Source of the DNA: Thermoplasmatales archaeon
Lineage (GTDB): Archaea > Thermoplasmatota > Thermoplasmata > Thermoplasmatales > Thermoplasmataceae
DNA length: 64,000 bases
NCBI GenBank assembly: GCA_027310185.1
Contig: DAIDBH010000017.1
Coordinates: 160,996-224,995, forward strand
Direction: 5' to 3'
The position numbers and the translations under genes were made by a program. The notes below the pieces were generated by a model. It was not told the origin of the DNA. It was given only the letters and a program-made list of their open reading frames with translations, and did no database searches. Below, piece after piece: positions 18,900 to 27,851 of the stretch. How positions within the stretch are numbered: position 1 is the first letter of the stretch; each line of letters starts with the position of its first letter.

Positions 18900-19259
18900 T
18901 CAGAAAGATATTACCGTATATCCTTCAACTGCATATCTGGAAAAGGCATCTCTTGCGAATTCTAGATTTATACCATTGCTGGAAAATATATCTTCCATGT
19001 TCCAGTTCTTTACCTGGTTTGAACATGCTTCTACTATAATTCCTGCCTCCCTCAACTCCTTTATTATATCCAATATTTCGATGTTATCCTGCCCTCTTTC
19101 AAGTGCCCTGACACCGCCTGTGAAAAGGAATACTTCCACTCGTTCTATACCATTTTGCTTCTTGGCTTCATCAATCCTCAGTGCCACATGAAGGCCTGCC
19201 ATTATTTTCGCTCTCTGATCCAGTCCTGAATTTATTACTATTGCTAGTTTTGCTCCCAT
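18900..19259 (-). CDS. DsrE/DsrF-like sulfur-relay protein
   Basis: VEVFLFTGGV, VEACSNQ (conserved Cys) and C-terminal GYTVISF. Confidence 0.75.
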   Translation of the reverse strand: MGAKLAIVINSGLDQRAKIMAGLHVALRIDEAKKQNGIERVEVFLFTGGVRALERGQDNIEILDIIKELREAGIIVEACSNQVKNWNMEDIFSSNGINLEFARDAFSRYAVEGYTVISF

Positions 19260-19270
19260 TATATTACCTT

Positions 19271-19294
19271 ATGAGTATATGCTAATATACTTAT
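19271..19294. promoter_or_regulatory. 10-4-10 inverted repeat, candidate ArsR operator
   Basis: ATGAGTATAT-GCTA-ATATACTTAT (9 of 10 pairs), 12-35 nt upstream of the dsrE-fmdE-arsR start. Confidence 0.55.
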
Positions 19295-19399
19295 TTAACT
19301 CATCGTACAACATGGTGAATATTGTTGCTGACTTCCTGTGCAGTATAGATATTGTTTAAATTACAGTAAATTTAACAATGTAACTTAGATTATATCCAT

Positions 19400-19753
19400 G
19401 TGGAAGCTACTTATCAAGTGATTAAGAAGCATGTTAAAAGCTATGATCCGGCTCCTTCTTTTAAAGCTGGCACACACTTCACGTTGGGAAGAAGGGATAA
19501 AATGTATAATTCATGGATCTGGTGCACTGACTCTATAGGACAAAGTGCCTGGGTTCCTGAGCAAATCCTTTCTTGCGAACATGGGAAAGATGCAGTATTG
19601 AAAGAGGATTACGATTCCAATGAACTCACGGTTGAAATTGATGAAACAGTTATTGGTTTAATGGTTGTGAACGGATGGATCCGGTGCAGGAATTTGATGG
19701 GTGAAGAAGGGTGGGTACCTGAAGATCATTTAGAACCATTTAATGTAAAATGA
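19400..19753 (+). CDS. Tandem variant-SH3 domain protein
   Basis: Two SH3-like repeats: WIWCTDSIGQSAWVPEQIL and GWIRCRNLMGEEGWVPEDHL; DYDSNELTV RT-loop; GTG start. Confidence 0.75.
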   Translation: MEATYQVIKKHVKSYDPAPSFKAGTHFTLGRRDKMYNSWIWCTDSIGQSAWVPEQILSCEHGKDAVLKEDYDSNELTVEIDETVIGLMVVNGWIRCRNLMGEEGWVPEDHLEPFNVK

Positions 19754-20025
19754 AGAACGTGAATATTTTAGAGAATACGAAGGATTTTTCGTAAAACTTA
19801 TTGAAAGAGCATTTCACTTCACAAATTTGGGTTTTTCCTATTCGAATAATAGATGTGCAATTCTGTATTCAAACAACTTATATTCAGAAACATTGTTCTT
19901 ATCTTAAATTGTGCCAACACAGTTAATAGAGTATATCTCCAATAAATCAGTGGCAATAAATTATCCTCCTATACGGGACCATTTTCTATTATTTCATTGA
20001 GATTCACAGCCAAGGTGCTAAAAAA

Positions 20026-20098
20026 TGGGGCTGCCCGGATTTGGACCGGAGTCTCAGGCTCCCAAAGCCCGTAGGATACCAAGCTACCCCACAGCCCC
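20026..20098 (-). tRNA. tRNA-Pro (anticodon TGG), no encoded CCA
   Basis: Reverse strand GGGGCTG...CAGCCCC-A acceptor stem; anticodon arm CGGGC-TTTGGGA-GCCTG; T-loop reads TCCAAAT (non-canonical C55). Confidence 0.9.
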
Positions 20099-20245
20099 AT
20101 AGTAAGGGAGAGTTTACAAATAAATAAAAAGTTAACTACCCGCGCTGGCAAATTTAAAAAAATTGAGAGGATTGCCGAAACATAATGGCTATTCATTGAT
20201 ATAATTTACAAAGTTTTTTCTTTAGTGCTAAAATAACCTTAGATT

Positions 20246-21472
20246 GTGCTTCCCCAGAATAGGATAGAGAGAGGTTTTAATTTTTTGCTGCTGTCAAGGG
20301 CAGTTAGAAGTGGTGCGCTTAGTTTTTCCGCGATTGCATATCCACTTTACCTGAAGGTTCTGGGTTTCAATAACCTTTATGTTGGTTTTCTTACTGGATT
20401 TGTTGTGGTATTTACAGTGATCCAGACAATGATCCTTGGTGTACTTGGAGATAGGATAGGCTATAAATATTCAATGATAATTGGCGAGGTTTTTCCTCTT
20501 ATTTCTACGGCTATTCTATTCTTTGTAACTTCCGGACCACTGATTTATCTTTCAGTGATCGGTGGAATTGCAGGTGGCCCCGGTGGCATGAGAGGTGCCT
20601 TTTCTCCAGGATCAACAGCACTTGTAGCAAAGAACTGGAGAGACCCAAATGACAGGGTAAAAAAACTTGGACTGATGACAACTGTTGGATCCATATTTGC
20701 AGTTGTAGGAGGGATGATGGTTATAAGCAGAAATGGAGTGTCATCTTATGTTGGAGATGCGGCTTCTTATAGAATCCTTTTTGGAATAAGTTTTCTTCTT
20801 ATCTTAATATCATTTATCTCCCTGTTCCTTGTTTTTGAAAGAGGTTCCGAAAAGAAAAAAACAGGCTTTGTTGGAAGGGGATCAGTGAAGCATATAGGAA
20901 AAACAGTCGTCGCTAATGCATTTAACGGTGCCGGGATAGGAATTTCAATGCCCATACTTTCCCTTTGGTTTTCTGAGATGTATCCATCATCCACCACAAC
21001 CACTATTGGCATTGTTTTCACCATATCATACATATCAACGGCCATGGGCTCATACGTTTCATCAAGATACAGGAAAAGAGGAGAGAAAGCGGCAAAAATA
21101 GGATCCTACGGAAGAATGCTTCAGGGGTTGCTAATGATTCCTCTTGCCCTTTCTCCATACTTCTACATTGCTGGCATTTTCTATATATTCCGTGCAGGAA
21201 TAGCAGGTTTTGGGCTTCCATCCAGAAGCAACATCAATGTGAGTGGCCTGAAAGAAGGGGATTATGGTGCGGGGACTGGATTGCAGGCCAGTGCAGCAAG
21301 AATTGCACAGACAACCTCCGGAGCGTCTGGAGCCTTGATGGATCTATATCTACCATTACCTGAAATTGTAGGAGGGGTAATTCAATTTCTTGCAGGCGTG
21401 GCATACTACGATCTTTTTGCGAGAAGAACCAAACCTGAAGTGGAAGAAGTGAACGCTAGTCCAGCAAAATGA
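20246..21472 (+). CDS. MFS transporter
   Basis: GVLGDRIGYK loop motif and about 12 hydrophobic segments; GTG start. Confidence 0.85.
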   Translation: MLPQNRIERGFNFLLLSRAVRSGALSFSAIAYPLYLKVLGFNNLYVGFLTGFVVVFTVIQTMILGVLGDRIGYKYSMIIGEVFPLISTAILFFVTSGPLIYLSVIGGIAGGPGGMRGAFSPGSTALVAKNWRDPNDRVKKLGLMTTVGSIFAVVGGMMVISRNGVSSYVGDAASYRILFGISFLLILISFISLFLVFERGSEKKKTGFVGRGSVKHIGKTVVANAFNGAGIGISMPILSLWFSEMYPSSTTTTIGIVFTISYISTAMGSYVSSRYRKRGEKAAKIGSYGRMLQGLLMIPLALSPYFYIAGIFYIFRAGIAGFGLPSRSNINVSGLKEGDYGAGTGLQASAARIAQTTSGASGALMDLYLPLPEIVGGVIQFLAGVAYYDLFARRTKPEVEEVNASPAK

Positions 21473-21718
21473 ATTATGAATTATGGGATGGTTAGTTGAC
21501 TTCTAAATGTCGGGAAATTTTGAAGTGCCTCAAGGTTCCAGAATTGTTTTTTCATGTGAATGTTCAAGTATCAAGACAGGAAATTTTGTATTTTAGAGGT
21601 CAATTCCTTATATAAACACCCATGTGAAAGGATACAAAGTGTTTCCCTGCTTAATTCCCACAGTTTTACGGTTGAACTTAGACCCTCAATAACATATAAA
21701 GGGAATTAATATGGTGAT

Positions 21719-23371
21719 ATGGATCCTTTTGAACCGGTGAATATAGGAGACTTGAGGATAAAAAATAGATTTGTTATGGCACCCATGATTTCTAATCTGG
21801 CTGATCCAGATGGTTTCACCAATGAAATTCACACTTCTTACCTTGAAGAGAGAGCACGTGGAGGATTTGGAATGATTGTTACTGAATATTCATATATCGA
21901 TGCTCCCCTGAGCAGGGGCTCGAGAAATGAACTTTCCTTTGCTTCCTATGACCAGGCACCAAGATTGAAGAGGCTCACAGAACGAATTCATTCTCATGAT
22001 ACACGAATTTTTGCACAGCTGGTGCATGCCGGGGGAAAGGCTCTTGCAGAATCTTCTGAAAGACCAGGAGCACCGACTTCCATGCCATACCTCGGCAGGG
22101 AAACTGATGAACTGACTATGGAACAGATAGAGGAGATTAAAAATTCCTTTCTTAAGGCAGCAAAAATGGCCGAAAAATCCAACTTTGACGGGGTTGAACT
22201 TCATGGCGCACATGCATACCTCATTCAGGAGTTTCTATCGCCTTCGCTGAATAAAAGAAAGGATCGCTATGGTAATGATTTTACTGGGAGATTGAGGTTC
22301 CCTCAGGAAATAATAGACCTTATAAGAAAGGAAACGGATCTAAAGATTGGCATCAGGCTAAGCCTGTATGAAGATGAACCCGATGGGTATGGACCTGAGT
22401 ATGGTCTTAAAATTGCCGATTCCCTGAAGAACATAGATTATGTTCATTTTTCTGCAGGTAGGACGGCTCCCCCAGGTTCTTCTGCCTCATATTATTCTGA
22501 AAGAAATCACATTGGAAATAGATTGATTAGAAAACCGGATGTAACAACAATAGTAGTCGGATCTGTAGTTGATCTTGATTCTGTTAAAAAAGCCCTGGAA
22601 AAAAGCGATTTAGTTGCTGTAGGTAGGGCCGCACTTGCTGATCCTTATTTTCCATTGAAACTAAAGGCCGGCATGAAGCCAAGACCATGTATTAGATGTA
22701 ACCAGGCATGCAGGGATTTCAGTTTTGGCCAGGTAAGATGCACTGTAAATCCACTAACAGGCAATGAAACATACTATACTGCCGAGCATGCAACAGGACT
22801 TGTTAAGATAGCGGGAGCCGGTGTGGCTGGGATGGAGGCTGCCATTTATCTTGCTAATGCAGGAATGGATGTTGAGATCAATGAAGCGGGAAACAGGATA
22901 GGTGGACAGATCAATGAGATAGATGAACCCACAAAGAGAAGAGAGTTTATGGCACTGGTAGATTTCTATAACCAGGAGGTTGAAAGACTCAGAATAAGAG
23001 TAAACTTCAGTACAAGGGTATCAGTAAAAGACGTGGATATCTTCCTGGCAACGGAAGATAGATATGAGAACCTGGATGAAGATAATGATATATTCGTTGA
23101 TTCAAATATTTACAAGAATCTTGATCAGGCACTAAAACTCGCAGAAAGATGCAGGATATATATGACAGAAAGGAGCCTCACTTCACTGGACAGGCATAGA
23201 CAGATGGTCTACAGGCATACGGCTGAGAATGATGGGATAGTTTTCGTAAAAGAACCTGATCAAAGATTCAGATCAAGCAGTATAGAAAGGGTACAGTACG
23301 ACATATATGGGGCAGCTATCAGGGGAATTACCGCTGCAAGGGACTATATACGTCTTAAATCAGTGCTTTAA
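21719..23371 (+). CDS. NADH:flavin oxidoreductase (Old Yellow Enzyme / 2,4-dienoyl-CoA reductase-like, with Fe-S motif)
   Basis: NRFVMAPM, ELHGAHAYLIQEFLSP..NKRKDRYG, CIRCNQAC...RCTVNP, GAGVAGMEAA. Confidence 0.88.
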   Translation: MDPFEPVNIGDLRIKNRFVMAPMISNLADPDGFTNEIHTSYLEERARGGFGMIVTEYSYIDAPLSRGSRNELSFASYDQAPRLKRLTERIHSHDTRIFAQLVHAGGKALAESSERPGAPTSMPYLGRETDELTMEQIEEIKNSFLKAAKMAEKSNFDGVELHGAHAYLIQEFLSPSLNKRKDRYGNDFTGRLRFPQEIIDLIRKETDLKIGIRLSLYEDEPDGYGPEYGLKIADSLKNIDYVHFSAGRTAPPGSSASYYSERNHIGNRLIRKPDVTTIVVGSVVDLDSVKKALEKSDLVAVGRAALADPYFPLKLKAGMKPRPCIRCNQACRDFSFGQVRCTVNPLTGNETYYTAEHATGLVKIAGAGVAGMEAAIYLANAGMDVEINEAGNRIGGQINEIDEPTKRREFMALVDFYNQEVERLRIRVNFSTRVSVKDVDIFLATEDRYENLDEDNDIFVDSNIYKNLDQALKLAERCRIYMTERSLTSLDRHRQMVYRHTAENDGIVFVKEPDQRFRSSSIERVQYDIYGAAIRGITAARDYIRLKSVL

Positions 23372-24115
23372 GTTATTCCTCTCCCCGAGAATTCTCCTTT
23401 CCCTCCTCTCCTTGTAATTTTCAACTTCCTCCTTTTCTTCCTGGGACAGGTCTACTTCCTCCTGCTCGATTGATAATATGAATTCCGGAGGAATTTCCGT
23501 TGTGAGATAAACCTCTCTTGAAGCCCTGTACACTGGTATTTTCTCCCTAAGCTCCTCGGTGTTGATCCCTATCACTACTGGATCGTCCACGTGGAACAGT
23601 CCTGTGACATATGCCTTCCTGAACGTTGATGAGAGATGGATATATGTCTTGTCAGATGGGTTGATTCCAGTTTCCCTGATCAGTGAGAACTCCTCTCCGG
23701 TAGTCTGGTAAAAAAGTATGTCAGGTATATCATCTACTGGAAGATCATCAAGGATTACTGGAATTGTGTGATCATACGTTGCCCTTATTTCCCCTCTATC
23801 ATTCACCTGGTATCTTCCCTTTTCATCTGTTTTACCAAGTGCCTCTATATGAAGTGGGGTTAACCATCCAAACCTTCTCCTCTGCGTCTTTATGGCTGGG
23901 ACAATAGAATATATTTTTGCGTAACCATTTTTTGATAACCTGATTCCATAATTTTCTGGGAAGTGCCTCAGCATTCCAGCAAGGATTCGACCAACAGCAT
24001 CCACCTCGTCTGGATACATGAGATTCCGTCCCTCCTGTCCACATTTTGGGCATTCAAAACCCCTGTAGAAACCATCAATTGGGCATATTCTCAGATTCTT
24101 TTCCAATCTAATCAC
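23360..24115 (-). CDS. kptA: RNA 2'-phosphotransferase (Tpt1/KptA)
   Basis: N-terminal CPxxG...CPKCG, LRHFP, KGRYQ, IRATYDH and YIHLS motifs. Confidence 0.88.
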   Translation of the reverse strand: MIRLEKNLRICPIDGFYRGFECPKCGQEGRNLMYPDEVDAVGRILAGMLRHFPENYGIRLSKNGYAKIYSIVPAIKTQRRRFGWLTPLHIEALGKTDEKGRYQVNDRGEIRATYDHTIPVILDDLPVDDIPDILFYQTTGEEFSLIRETGINPSDKTYIHLSSTFRKAYVTGLFHVDDPVVIGINTEELREKIPVYRASREVYLTTEIPPEFILSIEQEEVDLSQEEKEEVENYKERRERRILGERNNLKH

Positions 24116-24962
24116 CAGTTATGAAATATGATAGTTTCCGGGATACATTAATCTTGCTATAACCTGACTTGATAGTATCTGATACGGCCAGTTCTACACA
24201 CTCTGATGCTATTTTTCTGTCCACATTATTTATAAATAAGCCATGAGTTGCAGATACAAACACTGCTGATGCCCCTGAATTCTTAATGATTTCCATGGAC
24301 CTCAGTATTGTTCCACCCGTAGAAATGATGTCATCTACAAGTAATACCTTCATTCCTGAGGCATCTATATGATCCATGTTATATTCCACCGTAGTTGCGT
24401 CTATTCTCTTCTTGTTCATAAATCCGCTTTTGCATCCAAGAATATCAGCTACCTCCTTAGCCCTGAAGAATGCACCATCATCGGGAGCCATGACAAGATC
24501 AATATTTTTTTCCCTGAAATAATCTGCAATACTTCCAGATGCATGAAAATCCCTGCATTTCCTTTTTGAATACCTATATGAAGAGGTGTCATGAATATCA
24601 ACTGTAACGATTTCATCCGCATATTCTGATATGGAACTGATCAGGACTTTTGCTGATATTGCTTCACCTTTCTTATAGATCATATGCTGTCTCGCATATC
24701 CAAAATAGGGTATCACCGCAATTAATTTAGATGGATTGTCCTCCCGGACAGCGTCTAGCAGGAACAACAATTCAAGTATCTCAGAATCATTATTCGTATT
24801 TCCAACAACCGCAACTTCCTTCCCGCTCAGATCCTCCAGTATCCTGAAATATCTTTCCCCATCAGGAAATACCTTGCGTTCAACCCCCACTCCTTTCATC
24901 GAACTTCTGGTCATCATGTTTTTTGCAAATTCACTGGTTCTGGAAGTTGAAACTATGTACAT
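24108..24962 (-). CDS. prs: Ribose-phosphate pyrophosphokinase
   Basis: FPDGERY, IPYFGYARQH, APDDGA, LVDDIISTGGT. Confidence 0.95.
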   Translation of the reverse strand: MYIVSTSRTSEFAKNMMTRSSMKGVGVERKVFPDGERYFRILEDLSGKEVAVVGNTNNDSEILELLFLLDAVREDNPSKLIAVIPYFGYARQHMIYKKGEAISAKVLISSISEYADEIVTVDIHDTSSYRYSKRKCRDFHASGSIADYFREKNIDLVMAPDDGAFFRAKEVADILGCKSGFMNKKRIDATTVEYNMDHIDASGMKVLLVDDIISTGGTILRSMEIIKNSGASAVFVSATHGLFINNVDRKIASECVELAVSDTIKSGYSKINVSRKLSYFITGD

Positions 24963-25027
24963 ATGTGCTGAATGTCATTTTTTTATAAATATATATTTGA
25001 ATTTGCTATACTGCATGACTCAATATT

Positions 25028-25762
25028 CTATTTATTGAGAAAAGCTTTGAGAAGTTCCTTTGTGGTTATGTTCTGTGTCAATTTTATAAATGACTCTTCC
25101 TCTTCCTTCATATCATCTGCTGGATTTAAACCCAATGATCTGACCATTGATTTTTTAATTTCTATTATCGTCTGACTATCTTTTGAGGCAATTTTTCTTG
25201 CAATTTCAAGCATTTCTTCCTTTGAACCTACAGTTTCCTGTATAATTCCTCTTTCCTTTGCTTCCCTGGCTGAAAGTATATTACCAGTAAGAGCTAGGTA
25301 CATTGCGTTTTTATATCCTATTTCCCTTGGAAGGATAGTGTTCCCTCCAGCACCTGCATTTATTCCGATATTAACTTCAGGCTGCCCAATTTTTGACTTC
25401 TCTTCTGCTATAATCATATCTGACCATTGAGATATTTCGAAACCGCCTCCAAGAGAGAATCCAGTCAGATATGAGATGAATATTTTGTCTGAATTGATCA
25501 TGCTACTAACAATTGTGGACATTTTTTTTCTGAAGGATTTGGCAAGATCAATGTTCATCGCCAGAAGATCGTTTATATCTGCACCAACTGAGAAGTCACC
25601 GTTACTGGAATCAAATACAATTACTTTCAGATTCCTGTCCTCTTCCAGAGATTTAATGGCCTTGATCAGTTCTTCCAGCAGCTCCTGGTTAATCGCGTTC
25701 CTCTTTTCCTTTCTTGAAAGTGATATTTCCCCAATATTGCCATTTTTAGATATATCTATCAT
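25028..25762 (-). CDS. Enoyl-CoA hydratase/isomerase
   Basis: KRNAIN, FSVGADI, LGGGFEI, GQPEVNIGINAGAGG. Confidence 0.9.
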   Translation of the reverse strand: MIDISKNGNIGEISLSRKEKRNAINQELLEELIKAIKSLEEDRNLKVIVFDSSNGDFSVGADINDLLAMNIDLAKSFRKKMSTIVSSMINSDKIFISYLTGFSLGGGFEISQWSDMIIAEEKSKIGQPEVNIGINAGAGGNTILPREIGYKNAMYLALTGNILSAREAKERGIIQETVGSKEEMLEIARKIASKDSQTIIEIKKSMVRSLGLNPADDMKEEEESFIKLTQNITTKELLKAFLNK

Positions 25763-25807
25763 CTTGATCAGCTAAGGGAAACTATCATCTCAATGGCTTT
25801 AATCTTT

Positions 25808-26482
25808 TCACTCTGTCATTTCTCTTGCTTTCCTGAATAGTTCCACAAACTCTTCCATTGTGATTCTTCCAGTGTTCACGTTCCTGGGGCTTGGGTGAAA
25901 TATGCACATAACTTTGTATCCATCCATTTCATAGACTTTCCCGTTTCCAAATTTCCATCCTCTTACTGTGTTTCCAGATTCCCTCAGTGATTGAACTACA
26001 GCATCGAACGCTATCTTTCCCAGAACAACTATAATCTTCAGATTTTTCATCAAATGGATTTCCCTGAGTAGATATGGGTTGCAATTCATTATCTCACCTT
26101 TTTCCGGCTTGTTTTCTGGGGGGACACACCTTACAGCAAGCGATATATATGAATCAAAATACGCGAGGCCATCATCCCTGGAAAGTGATGTTTTCTGGTT
26201 TGTTATACCGGCTTCGTATAAGCAGGAGATGAGAAATTCCGAACTTTTATCTCCCGTAAATACCCGTCCTGTCCTATTTCCTCCAGATGCAGCTGGTGCA
26301 AGGCCCACTATCATCATTCTTCCATTTATATCTCCATATCCTGTTAGAGGCTTTCTCCAGAATATTTCTGATTCATATTTTTTTGACTTTTCAAGCACAT
26401 GCTCCCTGAAATCAACAAGTCTGGGGCATTTTTTGCAATCTGTAATTTCCTGGTTAAGGATAGAAATAGAATCTTTATCCAT
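25808..26482 (-). CDS. Uracil-DNA glycosylase, family 5 (UdgB-like, Fe-S)
   Basis: CKKCPRL, GLAPAASGGNRTGRVFTGD, AVRCVPPENKP, HPSPRNVNTG; start taken at ATG 26482. Confidence 0.9.
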   Translation of the reverse strand: MDKDSISILNQEITDCKKCPRLVDFREHVLEKSKKYESEIFWRKPLTGYGDINGRMMIVGLAPAASGGNRTGRVFTGDKSSEFLISCLYEAGITNQKTSLSRDDGLAYFDSYISLAVRCVPPENKPEKGEIMNCNPYLLREIHLMKNLKIIVVLGKIAFDAVVQSLRESGNTVRGWKFGNGKVYEMDGYKVMCIFHPSPRNVNTGRITMEEFVELFRKAREMTE

Positions 26483-26668
26483 GGAGCGACATGCTTTCTG
26501 ACTAAAAATAAACACCTTCCATAACACTTCATTATTTTTAAAACATGAACTAAGTCAGAATAATGAAAGGGATGGAGCAGGTCGTGGGATGTTTTTACGG
26601 TCTGTATTCAATATTGAAATCACCAATAGTTTAGAATAATATTAATAAATTGATTGAATTAAAGTGCC

Positions 26669-27127
26669 ATGAAACTTACATCAGTGCTGGGAGGTGTTGC
26701 CCTTCTTTCATTTTATATATTCATAGTAGTATATTATAGGTTTCTGTTATTTTATATTATTGACCTGATCCCGGTACTCGCCCTTGGAGCTTTTCTACTG
26801 GTAAGCGGTGCGCGATCAAAAAGTGTAAAGAATATAAAGAGAAAATCGGACCAGTCTATATTTGATGGTATTATGAACATAGGTCTTGAGAAGATAAGGA
26901 AAGGCGACCTTACGGTTGATGAGAGTACCTTTTCAGTCATAATGAATAAAATTAGCAAATTCATAGTTGAGCAGCATGAAGTCCCAGAATTTGGCTTCAA
27001 TTCCCTGTATCTCAAAACTGGCACTGAAATTGAGGCTGAAGATCTTGAGAATAAGATTAAAAACTTAGGTATATCCTGCAAAGTAATACAGGACCGTGGT
27101 AAATATTATGTAATGATTGAACTCTGA
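26669..27127 (+). CDS. Hypothetical membrane protein (2 N-terminal TM helices)
   Basis: Two hydrophobic segments followed by a soluble domain; no family recognised with confidence. Confidence 0.55.
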   Translation: MKLTSVLGGVALLSFYIFIVVYYRFLLFYIIDLIPVLALGAFLLVSGARSKSVKNIKRKSDQSIFDGIMNIGLEKIRKGDLTVDESTFSVIMNKISKFIVEQHEVPEFGFNSLYLKTGTEIEAEDLENKIKNLGISCKVIQDRGKYYVMIEL

Positions 27128-27171
27128 ATTACATGTAAGGAGAGTATATTATCCAGAATGGAATTATTATT

Positions 27172-27819
27172 GTGATGAGTGCCAACCTGTCGATGACGAC
27201 TGAGGATTATTTAAAATCAATATATGAATTGAATGAATACAAGGGATTTGCGACCCTGGCAGACATTTCCCAGATACTGGGAACCGCAAGACAGACTGTT
27301 TATGATGAGATTAAAATACTTCTTGATAAGAACTTTGTAAAAAGGAATGATAGGGGTAAATATTCTCTTACTGAAGATGGCGAAAGAGAGGCAAACCTGT
27401 TTTTGAGGAAGCATAGAGTTGCCGAGATACTCCTGTGGAAAGGGCTTAATATGAAGTGGTCCAAGCTTGATGATCAGGCAATGGGCATCGAGCATGGCAT
27501 GACAGAAGAGATTATTTCAGCAGCATGTAAGAAATTCGACTGCGAAAAATGTCCTCATGGAAATCCAGTACCGGATAGCAACGGCAGAGTTTCGGTTCCT
27601 TCAGACCTGAAATATAAAGAACTTGACATTGAAAGGAGGTATTTTTTGAACAGGGTAATTTTTGAAACTCCAGATATTCTAAAATTCCTGGAAGAAAATT
27701 CCCTTTTGCCTGATATCATGGTAATGAAGGAAGATAATCCAGGCAGGCTCAGATTGAATAATAACAGGACCGTTAGTATTCCAGATTACATACTTGATGC
27801 CCTGAGATTTAGAAAATGA
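27172..27819 (+). CDS. DtxR/MntR-family metal-dependent regulator
   Basis: TEDYLKSIYEL, RKHRVAEILL, IEHGM, CPHGNPVP. Confidence 0.9.
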   Translation: MMSANLSMTTEDYLKSIYELNEYKGFATLADISQILGTARQTVYDEIKILLDKNFVKRNDRGKYSLTEDGEREANLFLRKHRVAEILLWKGLNMKWSKLDDQAMGIEHGMTEEIISAACKKFDCEKCPHGNPVPDSNGRVSVPSDLKYKELDIERRYFLNRVIFETPDILKFLEENSLLPDIMVMKEDNPGRLRLNNNRTVSIPDYILDALRFRK

Positions 27820-27851
27820 AGTGCCATATTGGAGATTGATTTTTCAAATCA

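Noticed and set aside
19754-20025. att site or integrated element at tRNA-Pro (and at tRNA-Ser)
   Set aside because: No duplicated tRNA 3' end and no integrase were found by eye in the window; kept only as a positional observation.
21490-21690. Possible decayed IS630-like transposase tail on the minus strand (KLWELSRETLC...YKELTSKIQNFL)
   Set aside because: The resemblance is short and frameshifted, with no IRs; it needs a tBLASTn hit to be supported.
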